From assembly GCA_036012755.1 (NCBI GenBank), contig DASCPX010000087.1:32702-96701 (forward strand): a stretch of DNA of 64,000 nt, given 5' to 3'. The position numbers and the translations under genes are program-made. The notes under the pieces were generated by a model that was not told where the DNA came from, ran no database searches, and worked only from the letters and a program-made list of their open reading frames with translations. Source of the DNA: Myxococcota bacterium (GTDB lineage: Bacteria; Myxococcota_A; UBA796; CAJQPC01). Of the stretch, positions 47,191 through 60,470 are shown in pieces; position 1 is the stretch's first letter, and the number at the start of each line of letters is the position of its first letter.

Positions 47191-48828
47191 ATGTCCCTGC
47201 TTCGCGCTGTGTTCTGGTTTGGTGTCGTGCTCGTCCCGCTCTTCGGGGTGTGGCTGTCGTCTTCCCTGGCTGCCTACTGGAACGGACCGGTCTGGCTCGT
47301 CGTGCTGGCGGGGGCGCTGTTGTTTCCCCTGGGCCCGGTGGCATGGGACCTCGTCGGCAAGGGGCTGAGGGGACGGGGCAAGAGCGGGGGCGACTTCTTC
47401 GCGGACATGAAGCGCAAGAAGCGGGAGCGTCTCTCGCTCGGCTTCGGCGACCGCCTGCTGATCCGCACCCTGGTGCTCAACCTGACCTTCGTCGGTCTCG
47501 TGCTCGGGCTCTGGCCGGACACCGCCTCCACTGCGCTGTCGGCGAGGGGGGACTGGATGCTCGACGGGCGCGACGACGCGGCCTCCGAGCAGGCCCGCGC
47601 TGCCTTGTTCCACGCGGCGGACGGCCTCGAGTGGCTCTTCGATGAGACCAACGAGGACCCCTACGAGGGCCTCGCCGAGGTCGAACCGGAGGTGGACCCG
47701 AGCCTCGAGAGGAAGGCCGCGACCGAGCCGCAAGACACGGGCCTCTGGCTCGACACGGGCACAGGGCTCGCCGAGGTCGAGGACGCCGAGGTCGAGGACG
47801 CCGAGGTCGAGGACGCCGAGGTCGAGGACGCCGAGGACGCCGAGGTCGTCGGGGACGCCGAGGTCGAGGACGCCGAGGACGCCGAGGACGAGATCGTTGC
47901 AGACAAGAGGAAGAAGCCGCGGGACACGAACTCCGTCGCCACCGCGCGGGGGGAGAAGTGGCCCATGCCGCACACGCCACATCCGATGGTCGACAAGGTA
48001 CCGGCCCACGCAGAGGAGAGCATCGAAGCCCTTGGGGCCTGGGCCCACCGCAACATCTTCGACGACCGCGAGCGGGTCCGCTTCCTCCACGACTGGGTGG
48101 CGGACCACGTCGCCTACGACTTCCCGCGGCTGGACGACAAGACCTACATCCACTTCCAGGACAGCGAGACCGTCTTCCAGCAGCGCGTCGCCGTCTGCGC
48201 TGGCTACGCCAACCTGCTGGTGGCGCTCGGCGAGGCCAGCGACACCGAGATCGTCTACGTCCAGGGCTACAGCCGGGACAGCGACGGCACCATCGCGGGC
48301 ACGGGCCACGCCTGGAACGCGGCCCAGGTCGATGACGGCTGGGTGCTCATGGACGCGACCTGGGACGCTGGGGGCCGAGGCGAAAACGGCCGCTTCCACA
48401 AGGACTACCGGACCTCCTACCTCTTCACGCCCCCGGAGGTCTTCAACGACACGCACCTGCCCGACAACGAGGCCTGGCAGCTGGTCGACAAGCCGGTCAG
48501 CCGAGGCGACTTCACCCGCCAGCCCATGACCTGGGCCGACTTCCACGCCGAGGGTCTGTCCTTCGAGGGCGACACCCGGTCCCAGGTCACGGTGCGAGGT
48601 CAGCTGGGGCTGCTGCTGAACAACCCCAAGGGCCGCCACGTGGCGGTGACGTACGCGAAGAAGTCCAAGCCCGACGAGCGCGAGCACTGCTCGGTGCGCG
48701 GAGACACCCAGCTGACGGTGTCCTGCAAGTTCCCGAAGGACGGCGAATACGACGTCATCATCTTCACGGCAGACGGCAAGTACGACCGCCACAAGGGTGT
48801 GGCGCGCATCGACGTGAACTCGAGCTAG
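47191..48828 (+). CDS. Membrane-anchored transglutaminase-like cysteine protease (KY/Cyk3-type)
   Basis: HDWVADHVAYD, AVCAGYA (Cys), HAWNA (His), MDATW (Asp), THLP..WQL; N-terminal TMs. Confidence 0.88.
   Translation: MSLLRAVFWFGVVLVPLFGVWLSSSLAAYWNGPVWLVVLAGALLFPLGPVAWDLVGKGLRGRGKSGGDFFADMKRKKRERLSLGFGDRLLIRTLVLNLTFVGLVLGLWPDTASTALSARGDWMLDGRDDAASEQARAALFHAADGLEWLFDETNEDPYEGLAEVEPEVDPSLERKAATEPQDTGLWLDTGTGLAEVEDAEVEDAEVEDAEVEDAEDAEVVGDAEVEDAEDAEDEIVADKRKKPRDTNSVATARGEKWPMPHTPHPMVDKVPAHAEESIEALGAWAHRNIFDDRERVRFLHDWVADHVAYDFPRLDDKTYIHFQDSETVFQQRVAVCAGYANLLVALGEASDTEIVYVQGYSRDSDGTIAGTGHAWNAAQVDDGWVLMDATWDAGGRGENGRFHKDYRTSYLFTPPEVFNDTHLPDNEAWQLVDKPVSRGDFTRQPMTWADFHAEGLSFEGDTRSQVTVRGQLGLLLNNPKGRHVAVTYAKKSKPDEREHCSVRGDTQLTVSCKFPKDGEYDVIIFTADGKYDRHKGVARIDVNSS
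47770..47889 (+). repeat. 15-bp coding tandem repeat (AEVED)n
   Basis: gccgaggtcgaggac x4 perfect, then partial and variant copies. Confidence 0.92.
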
Positions 48829-48874
48829 GCAGTGTTCCTGAAGGGGGGCCTCACACCAGAGCTACCCTCTCGCG

Positions 48875-49495
48875 GTGCTCCTGGCCCTCCTCGGAACTGC
48901 CCTCGCCGCTCCGGTCTTCGGTGTCGACTTCGTGCCCTTCGGCCGCGCTGACCTGTTGTGGGCCGACAGCGAGCAGCCCACCGGCACCTTCGTCGGCGAG
49001 TTCGACGGCCTCGTCCGTCCGCCGCTGAGCGCCTACGGGGGGCTGCAAAAGGAGAAGACCGCGTGGATGCTCGGGCTGTCGATGGCCCGGACCGCGAACA
49101 CCAACTGGACCGCCGAGACGAACCGCAAGGTCACCGTCACCGGCATTCGCCCCGCGGTCGACATGCAGCGCTACCTGTTGCCCCGTGACGGCCCCTCGTT
49201 CTGGGTCGGAGGTGGCCTCTACGGCGTGATCCCGATCGCGCGCGACGTCTCGGGAGCCTACGGCGAGGAGGAGAAGGAGGCCGCGAAAGAAGGCTCGCGC
49301 GAGCTCATGGCTCGAGTCGGCGGCGTCGGGGCCCGCGTCGGCTGCGGTGCAGAGGTGCCCCTGACCGAGGGTCTCAGTCTCGGCCTTCGAACTCATCTCT
49401 GGGGCTTTCGCGGGCAGCGCTTCACCGAAGACGCCCTCCTGATCTCGACGTTGATCTCGGCAGACGCCGGAGTGCGGCTCCAGATCGAGTTCTAG
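48875..49495 (+). CDS. Hypothetical outer-membrane beta-barrel protein
   Basis: Signal ALA-AP; amphipathic strands; C-terminal GVRLQIEF. Confidence 0.7.
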   Translation: MLLALLGTALAAPVFGVDFVPFGRADLLWADSEQPTGTFVGEFDGLVRPPLSAYGGLQKEKTAWMLGLSMARTANTNWTAETNRKVTVTGIRPAVDMQRYLLPRDGPSFWVGGGLYGVIPIARDVSGAYGEEEKEAAKEGSRELMARVGGVGARVGCGAEVPLTEGLSLGLRTHLWGFRGQRFTEDALLISTLISADAGVRLQIEF

Positions 49496-49609
49496 GAGGT
49501 CCAGCGGCAAGGCCGCTCTACCTCCTCCCGTGCCTTGCGAAGGCCCCCCTCAGCCGTTAGTCGGGCGCCCCCGAAACGGGGCCGACTCGGCCCTCTCAGG
49601 CGAGGCACC

Positions 49610-50098
49610 ATGTCAACGAGCCTCTTCTTCCTGCTCGCAGAAACGAACGCGTCGAGCGGGATCGAGATCATGCCCGACCTGACGCTGCTCGCGTTCCAGG
49701 TCGTGCCCTTCCTGGCGATGATGGGCATCCTCACTGCCCTGCTCTTCAAGCCCATGGTCAAGTACCTGGAGGATCGCGAGCAGGCGACGGTCGGGGCCCA
49801 CGAGAAGGCCTCTGCCCTCGACGCAGAGGCGGACGGCAAGCTCGACGACTACGAAGCCAGGCTGGCGGCCGCCAAGGTCGAGATCCTCGACTACCGGGCG
49901 AAGATCCGGACAGAGGCCAACGCCGAGCGCGACACCGCCATCGGCGACGCCCGCGGCGAGTGCGAGGCCCAGCTGGCCGAAGCCGTGCAGGCCATCCGCG
50001 CCGAGCGGGAGATCGCGAGCCAGGAGCTCAAGCGCCTCTCCACGGCGCTGGCAGAGGACATCACCGGTGCCGTCCTCGGGCGCCAGGTGGAGGCATAG
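49610..50098 (+). CDS. ATP synthase F0 subunit b'
   Basis: PDLTLLAFQVVPFL...LLFKPMVKYLEDRE, coiled coil, VLGR; first gene of the atp cluster. Confidence 0.88.
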   Translation: MSTSLFFLLAETNASSGIEIMPDLTLLAFQVVPFLAMMGILTALLFKPMVKYLEDREQATVGAHEKASALDAEADGKLDDYEARLAAAKVEILDYRAKIRTEANAERDTAIGDARGECEAQLAEAVQAIRAEREIASQELKRLSTALAEDITGAVLGRQVEA

Positions 50099-50647
50099 AT
50101 GCTGCTTGCCCTCATGGACGTCGCCTTCGCCTCGGACGCCGCCGGACCGCCCTGGAACGAGATCGGCATCCACGCCATCAACTTCGTCCTGCTCTACACG
50201 GTCCTCTTCTTCCTCGCCCGGAAGCCCGTCGCCGAGCTCCTCAAGAGCCGCCAGGCCGAGATCAAGAAGGCGCTGGATGACGGGAACGCAGCGCTGAAGG
50301 CGGCAGAGGATCGCCACGGAGAGCTGGACTCGCGCCTCGGTCACTTCGGCCAGATGGTCGAGGACATGAAGCTCCAGGCCAAGGCGGACGCCGACAACGA
50401 GCGCGAGAACCTCCGCGCCAGGACGGTGACCGACATCGCCTCGCTGAAGGCACTGACCGAGCGCACCATCCGCGAGGAGACCCGCAACGCTCGGGTCGCC
50501 CTGCAGCGCGAGGCCATCGATCTGGCCGTCCAGATCGCCGAAGAGTCCCTGAAGCAGCGGATCACCGCCGCCGACCAGGAGCGCCTCGCCGGTGAGTTCC
50601 TCGCCGCCGTCGACAACGGAAACCAAGCCGGAGGCCCCGATGCCTGA
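50099..50647 (+). CDS. atpF: ATP synthase F0 subunit b
   Basis: INFVLLYTVLFFLARKPV..LKSRQAEI; coiled coil; position in the operon. Confidence 0.9.
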   Translation: MLLALMDVAFASDAAGPPWNEIGIHAINFVLLYTVLFFLARKPVAELLKSRQAEIKKALDDGNAALKAAEDRHGELDSRLGHFGQMVEDMKLQAKADADNERENLRARTVTDIASLKALTERTIREETRNARVALQREAIDLAVQIAEESLKQRITAADQERLAGEFLAAVDNGNQAGGPDA

Positions 50648-51209
50648 TCTCTCCGCCGCCGAGCGCTACGCCCGCGCGCTGGTCGAGCTCGGCCAGGAAG
50701 AAGACCAGGTGGAGCGCTTCCTCGCCGACCTGAACACCTTCGGCGCAGTGCTGGACCTCGCGGACGTCGACGTGCTCGGCACCCTGTCGCACCCGGGCTT
50801 CAGCCTGCAGGAGCGCCGCGGCGTGCTCGACGGGATCCTCGCCAGGCTGGACCTGCACACCCACACGGCCAACTTCCTGCGCATCACGCTGGACAAGGGC
50901 CGCTTCCGCATCCTGCCAGCGATCATCGACTGCTACACCGCCGCCGCCGACAGGCTCGCCGGTCGCGTTCGAGCCAGCGTCACCACGGCCTTCGAGCTCT
51001 CCCCGGAGCTGGAGAAGAGCATCACAGACGCACTCGCCGCCGCGACCGGAAAGACGGTCCACATCGACAAGAAGGTCGATCCACTCATCATCGGCGGGGT
51101 CATCGCAGAGGTGGAGGGGCGCATCTACGACGCCTCCCTCCGCACTCGGTTGGTGAACCTCCGCCAGTCACTGCTTTCGACGAACCCCGAGCAGGCCGCC
51201 GAGGCCTGA
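50640..51209 (+). CDS. atpH: ATP synthase F1 delta
   Basis: AERYARAL, NFLRITLDKGR, VDPLIIGGV..YDASLRTRL. Confidence 0.94.
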   Translation: MPDLSAAERYARALVELGQEEDQVERFLADLNTFGAVLDLADVDVLGTLSHPGFSLQERRGVLDGILARLDLHTHTANFLRITLDKGRFRILPAIIDCYTAAADRLAGRVRASVTTAFELSPELEKSITDALAAATGKTVHIDKKVDPLIIGGVIAEVEGRIYDASLRTRLVNLRQSLLSTNPEQAAEA

Positions 51210-51218
51210 GGAGTCGAC

Positions 51219-52745
<1,527 letters not shown>

Positions 52746-52763
52746 CCCTTCCAGGAGGCCCTC

Positions 52764-55085
<2,322 letters not shown>

Positions 55086-55086
<1 letters not shown>

Positions 55087-55475
55087 TGTCCATCCACGTC
55101 GAGATCGTCACGCCCACCGCGGTCGCCTTTCGGGGAGAGGCCAGCACGGTCGAGGCCCCGGGCTTCCTGGGCGAGTTCGGCGTGCTGCCGGGACACACAC
55201 CCTTCCTCAGCGTCGTGCGCCCCGGCCTCGTCACGATCCACACGGCCGAGGGCGACCACCGCTTCGTCGTCGGCATCGGCTTCGTAGAGGCCGGACCGGA
55301 TCGCCTGGTCGTGCTGACAGAGGAGTTCGAGCGCGCCGAAGACGTCGACAAGGACGCGGCCCGTGCGGAGCTCGACGCCGCGAACAAGGTGCTCGGAACA
55401 GCGGATCCGGACTCCGGCGACTTCAGGAACGCCGAGCGGGACGCGGCGGTCGCACGCGCCAGGCTGAGCGTCTGA
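55086..55475 (+). CDS. atpC: ATP synthase F1 epsilon
   Basis: VEIVTP, GEFGVLPGH, GFVE. Confidence 0.95.
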
Positions 55476-55990
55476 TGCGCCTTCGTCTACTCCTGGGGGC
55501 CAGCGTGCTCCTCGTCCTCGGCTGCTCCGGCGAGATGTGGAAGTCCTGCACCTCTACGGTCGTGGGAACGACCGTAGAGACCACCAAGGAAGTCGGCAGC
55601 GGCATCAAGGAGGGGGTCGAAGAGGGCCGCAAGTCCGGCGAGTCCCTCGACGGCGCTCGCCTGATCACGACCCTGGCCGAGCTCAAGCTCGTCGGCGGCG
55701 TCGAGGTCTACGCCCTGGAACCGGCCGACGGCGGCTCGAAGATCGTGCTGGCGCTGCAGAACACGACGGACGTGCCCCTGCGCATTGCGAACACCGAGTT
55801 CGAGGTCCTCGACGACGAGGGCTTCACGGTGGACGCCATCGGCTTCCCGAAGGAGCTCACGGTCCCGGCCAACGCCAAGGACAAGGCCTCGGCCACGGTC
55901 CCCATCCCTCCCGAGCGCATCGCCACGGTGCGGCTCTGGGGCGAGGACCTGGAGCTGCCCGAGGCTCCGGAAGAGACTCCTCCCGAATAG
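55475..55990 (+). CDS. Hypothetical lipoprotein
   Basis: VLGC lipobox; TGATG overlap with atpC; Ig-like beta C-terminus. Confidence 0.75.
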   Translation: MRLRLLLGASVLLVLGCSGEMWKSCTSTVVGTTVETTKEVGSGIKEGVEEGRKSGESLDGARLITTLAELKLVGGVEVYALEPADGGSKIVLALQNTTDVPLRIANTEFEVLDDEGFTVDAIGFPKELTVPANAKDKASATVPIPPERIATVRLWGEDLELPEAPEETPPE

Positions 55991-56015
55991 CCAGTGGGTC
56001 GCTTCCTCGGCCGGC

Positions 56016-57023
56016 TCAGAGGGGCCTGAAGCGGGGATCCAGGGCGTGCCCGTTGAGCTGCCCCTGGAGGTACTCGACGTGGGAGTTGGCCATGCGCAGC
56101 TGGTTCGACAGGGCGTTGAAGGCCGCGCGCCGGAGCACGCCCGCGTCTGCGCCGTCGCCCTCTCCCCCGAAGAGAGATGCCGGAAGGTGCATGAGCCAGC
56201 TGTTCTCGCAGACCGTCGCCGTGGCCACGTTTCCGCCGCCGTCGACGAGCCCGCAGAAGCCGAAGCCGGTGCCCTCACGCAGGCGGGCGAGACGCTCCTG
56301 GGACTCTCGCAGGGTGGCGATGTGCAGGTCGACGGCGCCGGCGGCGACGATCCAGGCGCCGTCGGGTGTCTCCCCCTCGCGAACGAGGACTTCGCCCTTC
56401 TTCCGCTGGGTCATGTGGCCCCGACTCGCCAGCTGCTTCATGCCGCCGTGGGGCAGATCGCGGAAGGGGGCGGCTTCCTCGAGCGTCTTCCGTGGATCGG
56501 GACGAGCGACCGCGGAGCCCCCACCGAAGATCCCGCCCAGGCGCCCGAACAGACCCTTGCGTTGTTCGATGTCGACCTCGCCGACGGCGACGCTGGCGAT
56601 GAGCCGAGCTGTCTCGCGGAGGCGACGGGCGATGGTGCGAAGGGCGTAGTTCTCCAGCGCCGGCACGACCGGACTGCGCTTCATCCGCAGGAACTTGAGG
56701 CCCTGCTCGTCCAGCAGCAGGATGCGGCAGGGCTTGCTGGAGATCACGGTCGCGGCGCGGCGATCGATGTGGCCGAAGAGCGCCATGTCCCCGACCATCT
56801 CGCCCGGACCGACTCGGGTGAGCTCGAGGCGCGCCTCGCCGATGTGGACGCTGGCCTCGCCGGCCATCAACAGCACCATGGCGCGGTCGCACTCGCCCTC
56901 GCGCATGAGGACCTCGCCAGGTCCGATCTCGCAAGGGATGAAGGCCGCCAGGGCCTCTGAGAGGCGAGCGCGCGACATCCGGCGGAAGATCCCGAGTCGC
57001 TGGAGCTCGCTGACCCCGACCAC
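56016..57023 (-). CDS. Tandem cyclic-nucleotide-binding domain protein
   Basis: Two cNMP-like units: GEVLMREGE..GEMVGDMAL..RAATV, and GEVLVREGE..GTGFG..VATAT (second degenerate). Confidence 0.85.
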   Translation of the reverse strand: MVGVSELQRLGIFRRMSRARLSEALAAFIPCEIGPGEVLMREGECDRAMVLLMAGEASVHIGEARLELTRVGPGEMVGDMALFGHIDRRAATVISSKPCRILLLDEQGLKFLRMKRSPVVPALENYALRTIARRLRETARLIASVAVGEVDIEQRKGLFGRLGGIFGGGSAVARPDPRKTLEEAAPFRDLPHGGMKQLASRGHMTQRKKGEVLVREGETPDGAWIVAAGAVDLHIATLRESQERLARLREGTGFGFCGLVDGGGNVATATVCENSWLMHLPASLFGGEGDGADAGVLRRAAFNALSNQLRMANSHVEYLQGQLNGHALDPRFRPL

Positions 57024-57025
57024 GA

Positions 57026-57415
57026 CTACATCCCAGCTCGGGCGCGGTCCCACTCGACGGCGCGCTGGTAGTAGGCCTGGGAGTGCACCTGGTGGTAGCG
57101 CGAGGCATCCAGCACCGAGATGAACCACGTCGCCGTGCCGGTCGCGATGCCGGCGAAAGACAGCATCTTCCAGGTGCGCTCGCCCTCGTAGTCTTCGAGC
57201 TCGCCAGCGGCGTACATGCGGTTGGTGGCGACGCCGCCGAAGGTGAACCCGCTGACCTGCAACAGCGAGAACATGGCCCCGAGGCCCCAGCGGCGCTGCG
57301 AGAGCTGAGGAACGCCGAGCGGGGCGACCAGCGCGATCGACGGCGGCGACTTGTACTCGGGCTCGTCCTCGGAGGCGAGTGCGACAGCGGAGAGCAGGAA
57401 GATGGAGCCGGTCAT
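57026..57415 (-). CDS. Hypothetical membrane protein
   Basis: Signal ALA-SE; PLGVPQ followed by two TM helices; ATGA overlap with the upstream stop. Confidence 0.65.
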   Translation of the reverse strand: MTGSIFLLSAVALASEDEPEYKSPPSIALVAPLGVPQLSQRRWGLGAMFSLLQVSGFTFGGVATNRMYAAGELEDYEGERTWKMLSFAGIATGTATWFISVLDASRYHQVHSQAYYQRAVEWDRARAGM

Positions 57416-58020
57416 GACTTCTTGGGTATGGCCTTCAGCCTGGCCTTGCCGTCCTCGATCGCGACGCGGAAGCTCACGGACTCGCACTTGTAGCGGCCCT
57501 TGATGTTGCGAACCTGGTTGCGGAGGGTCTTCTGCACGCTCTCGTACTGCATGTCGGTGGACTGGCCGCACTGCTTCCGAGCGTCCATGAACTTGTCGTA
57601 GATCTGCTTGAAGGCGGCGTCTTCCTTGCGCTGGCGCTCTGCGCGCTCGCGAGCGATGTTCGACGTCCGCTCGCGCCGATCCTGCATCTCCCTGGCCTGG
57701 CGCTCCTTCAGCTTGGCGCGGAACTGCATCTTGGGGTGGGTGCCCCGCTCGATCATCACCAGGTTGCGCTGGATGTAGAGGTCCAGGATGTTGAACCGTG
57801 CCCGGAGCTGGCGGAAGCGGTAGGCCTGGATGGTGTTGGTGATGTGCTCCCGCATCAGGTCGCGAATCAGCGCCTTCACGCCGTCACGCTCACGGATGGG
57901 CTCCAACCGCTCGATCCCGTTGAAGTACTTCTCGTACTGGATCTTCAACACGAACATGGACTGGTGGAGCTCATCGAGGCGCGCGTTCATCGCGCGGTCG
58001 AGCTTGATGCGTCGGGCCAA
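57412..58020 (-). CDS. MXAN_5187 C-terminal domain-like protein
   Basis: LKIQYEKYFNGIERLEP, IERGTH, FRVAIEDGKARLKAIPK; TTG after AAGGAG. Confidence 0.75.
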   Translation of the reverse strand: MARRIKLDRAMNARLDELHQSMFVLKIQYEKYFNGIERLEPIRERDGVKALIRDLMREHITNTIQAYRFRQLRARFNILDLYIQRNLVMIERGTHPKMQFRAKLKERQAREMQDRRERTSNIARERAERQRKEDAAFKQIYDKFMDARKQCGQSTDMQYESVQKTLRNQVRNIKGRYKCESVSFRVAIEDGKARLKAIPKKS

Positions 58021-58075
58021 GGACTCTCCTTCCAAGCGTGCCAGCGCTTGGTGAATCGTAGCGTAGACTCTGGCT

Positions 58076-59122
58076 GTGAGGGACCTCCGAATCCTCGTTG
58101 TCGACGACGAGCGCGCAATCCTCGAACTGCTCAGCGAGTACCTTCGCGCCCGAGGATGCGTAGTAGAGGTCGCAGAGGACGGCGAGGAGGCCTGGGAGAG
58201 GCTCCTGCGGGGCGGCATCGACCTGGTGATCTCGGACGTCAAGATGCCGCGCCTCAGCGGGCCGGAGCTCCTGGAGCGCATCCACCAACGCGAGGAGCCC
58301 GTCGCGGTCGTGCTGATGACCGGCTACGGCACGATCGACGCTGCGGTCCGGGCGATGCGGGGAGGAGCCAGCGACTACCTGCTCAAGCCCTTCAAGCTGC
58401 GCGAGCTGTACGCGACCATAGAGCGGGCTGCCGGGACGCTGGAGCGCCAGCGGCGCAGCCTCTGGGTCCAGGGCGTGGAGGAGCTGCTCCAGGCCTCGCG
58501 CGCCTGCCGCCTCGAGGACGCGCACGCCCTGCTCGACCAGCTCGTCCAGGTCTCGGCGCAGGAGGACCACGTAGACGGCGCGGCGCTGATGCTCACCCAG
58601 CCGGCGTGCAAGCGCCTGGTGCTGCACAACCAGACCGGCACGATCGACGTCGACCTCGAGCACGCCGCGAAGACAGGCAAAGGCGCCCGGCCCTGTCTCA
58701 GCCTGCCATTCCGGTTTGGAGACGAGGTCGCCGGCCACCTCGTCACCATAGGCACCCGCCAGCTCGCGCAGCGTCGGGCGATCCAGTGCTACGCGGACAT
58801 CGTCGGGGAGAGCCTGCGCAGGCTCTGGGCCGAGCACCCCCTGGCCTTCGCGAAGGACTTCAGCGGTCACCGAGCGGTGCTCCCGACCGGCCTGCCCTCC
58901 AGCGCGCTGGACGCCTGGTGCGACGGGACGACGGCGCGTCAGCTCCGTCGGGACCCTGGTGAGCTGGATGACACGGGCGCCGAGGTGGTCATCCAGGCTT
59001 CCGCCGGCGCGGGCCCACTCTGGCAGGCCGTCTGGATGGACCTCACGACCCAGCGCGGGGCCTGGGTGCCGCTGCTCAGCGAGGAGGCTGCTCGTCGCCG
59101 CTGGGAGTACTGGAGCGCCTGA
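58076..59122 (+). CDS. Response regulator with uncharacterised (GAF-like) output region
   Basis: ILVVDDE, ISDVKMP, MTGYG, DYLLKPF. Confidence 0.85.
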   Translation: MRDLRILVVDDERAILELLSEYLRARGCVVEVAEDGEEAWERLLRGGIDLVISDVKMPRLSGPELLERIHQREEPVAVVLMTGYGTIDAAVRAMRGGASDYLLKPFKLRELYATIERAAGTLERQRRSLWVQGVEELLQASRACRLEDAHALLDQLVQVSAQEDHVDGAALMLTQPACKRLVLHNQTGTIDVDLEHAAKTGKGARPCLSLPFRFGDEVAGHLVTIGTRQLAQRRAIQCYADIVGESLRRLWAEHPLAFAKDFSGHRAVLPTGLPSSALDAWCDGTTARQLRRDPGELDDTGAEVVIQASAGAGPLWQAVWMDLTTQRGAWVPLLSEEAARRRWEYWSA

Positions 59123-60470
59123 GGAGCCCGAGTCCGAGCAGGAGGAAGAGGCCTCCAGCCACGCCGGAGCCGCCGCAAGACCAGCCGAACTCGGGCTCAC
59201 AGACGATCGGGCCCTCAGGATCGCTGTCATCCGTGTCTGAATCTCGAGCGGTATCCTCGGAATCTGGAGTCGAGTCGCCGGAATCTGGAGTCGAGTCGCC
59301 GGAATCTGGAGTCGAGTCGCCAGAATCCGGGGTGGAGTCACCGGAGTCACCAGTGTCGGGTGGCGGGCAGGGACCGTGGACGACATGGACGCTGCCGTCG
59401 GTGGCGTCGCTCGCGAGCAGGTCGGGGCAGCCGTCCCCGCTCCAGTCCGAGGCGACGACGAGCTGGTCTGCCTGGATGGACCAGGTGTCCACCGCGGCGG
59501 CCAGCGCCGTGCCATCCGCGAAGGGAGGCTCCAGGCGGGCGATCACGTCCTGGGCCCGCAGGTAGAGGGCTTCGTCTCCCTGGCTGTCGACGAGCACCGC
59601 GCCAGCGGAGGCTTCGGTCTCCGTGTCGAGCTCCACCCTGGTCCCTGCCGAGAGGTCGAAGACCTCCGCCTCGTCGTGACCCACCGCGGCGAAGCCATCG
59701 CCGAGGGGGTGGATCGACCGCACCATGAAGTCGATCGCCTCGATGCCGACGGCATTGTCGACGGTCTGATCGGTGTTCCAGGCGCTCGCGCTCCACCAGA
59801 GCAGCTCGCCTCCGTCCGGACAGGTGGTGCTGGTCAACTCCTTCCCGACGCAGCCACCTGCGACGATGAAGCCGTCGACCACCCCGACCGCGTACCCGGC
59901 CCCGCTGGCTCCGCTCACCGTCCCGGCGGACTCGGATGCCGCGATCTCTCCCGTGGCGGAGCCCTCGTAGATCCCTGCGCCGCTGAGCCCCGGCGCGCCG
60001 ACGACGAGCTCCTCGAAGCCGTCACCGTCGAAGTCGGAGCCAGCCAGGCTGGCGCCGAAGATGCTCTGGCCGGAGACTGGCGCGATCGTGGCCACGGCGA
60101 TGTTGGCGATGCGCGCGCCGTCGTCGCTGGCGCCGAGGCCCGAGAGGACGTGGACTACCCCGGCGCTGTCGACGGTCTGGCCGGCACCGACGATCAGCTT
60201 GTCGACCCCGTCCCCGTCGCGGTCGGAGGCGAGCAGCCGCACGAGTCCGACGGCCTCGGCGAGCCCGATGTCGATGGTGCCGCCCGTGCTGGAGAGCCAG
60301 ACGGTGAGCGTGCTCTCGAGGCTCCCGTCCCCGCTGGTCAACGCGATGTCGGGGAGGCCGTCACCGTCGAAGTCCCCCTCTGCCAGCGCCACGCGACCGC
60401 TGTTGGCGGAGGTCGTCAACAGCAGGGTGGAGTCCCCGGCGAGGGCCAGTCCGACGAGGCTAACGAGCAA
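59076..60470 (-). CDS. FG-GAP/integrin-like repeat surface protein with DSGDSTP linker and C-terminal membrane tail
   Basis: GDFDGDGLPDIA, DRDGDGVDKLIVGA, DFDGDGFEELVVGAP, DWSGDGCPDL; tail FGWSCGG + hydrophobic stretch + RR. Start TTG 60470 assumed. Confidence 0.82.
   Translation of the reverse strand: MLVSLVGLALAGDSTLLLTTSANSGRVALAEGDFDGDGLPDIALTSGDGSLESTLTVWLSSTGGTIDIGLAEAVGLVRLLASDRDGDGVDKLIVGAGQTVDSAGVVHVLSGLGASDDGARIANIAVATIAPVSGQSIFGASLAGSDFDGDGFEELVVGAPGLSGAGIYEGSATGEIAASESAGTVSGASGAGYAVGVVDGFIVAGGCVGKELTSTTCPDGGELLWWSASAWNTDQTVDNAVGIEAIDFMVRSIHPLGDGFAAVGHDEAEVFDLSAGTRVELDTETEASAGAVLVDSQGDEALYLRAQDVIARLEPPFADGTALAAAVDTWSIQADQLVVASDWSGDGCPDLLASDATDGSVHVVHGPCPPPDTGDSGDSTPDSGDSTPDSGDSTPDSGDSTPDSEDTARDSDTDDSDPEGPIVCEPEFGWSCGGSGVAGGLFLLLGLGLLRRSSTPSGDEQPPR
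59260..59352. repeat. 21-bp coding tandem repeat (DSGDSTP)
   Basis: gaatctggagtcgagtcgcc(g/a) x3 plus a variant copy. Confidence 0.9.
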
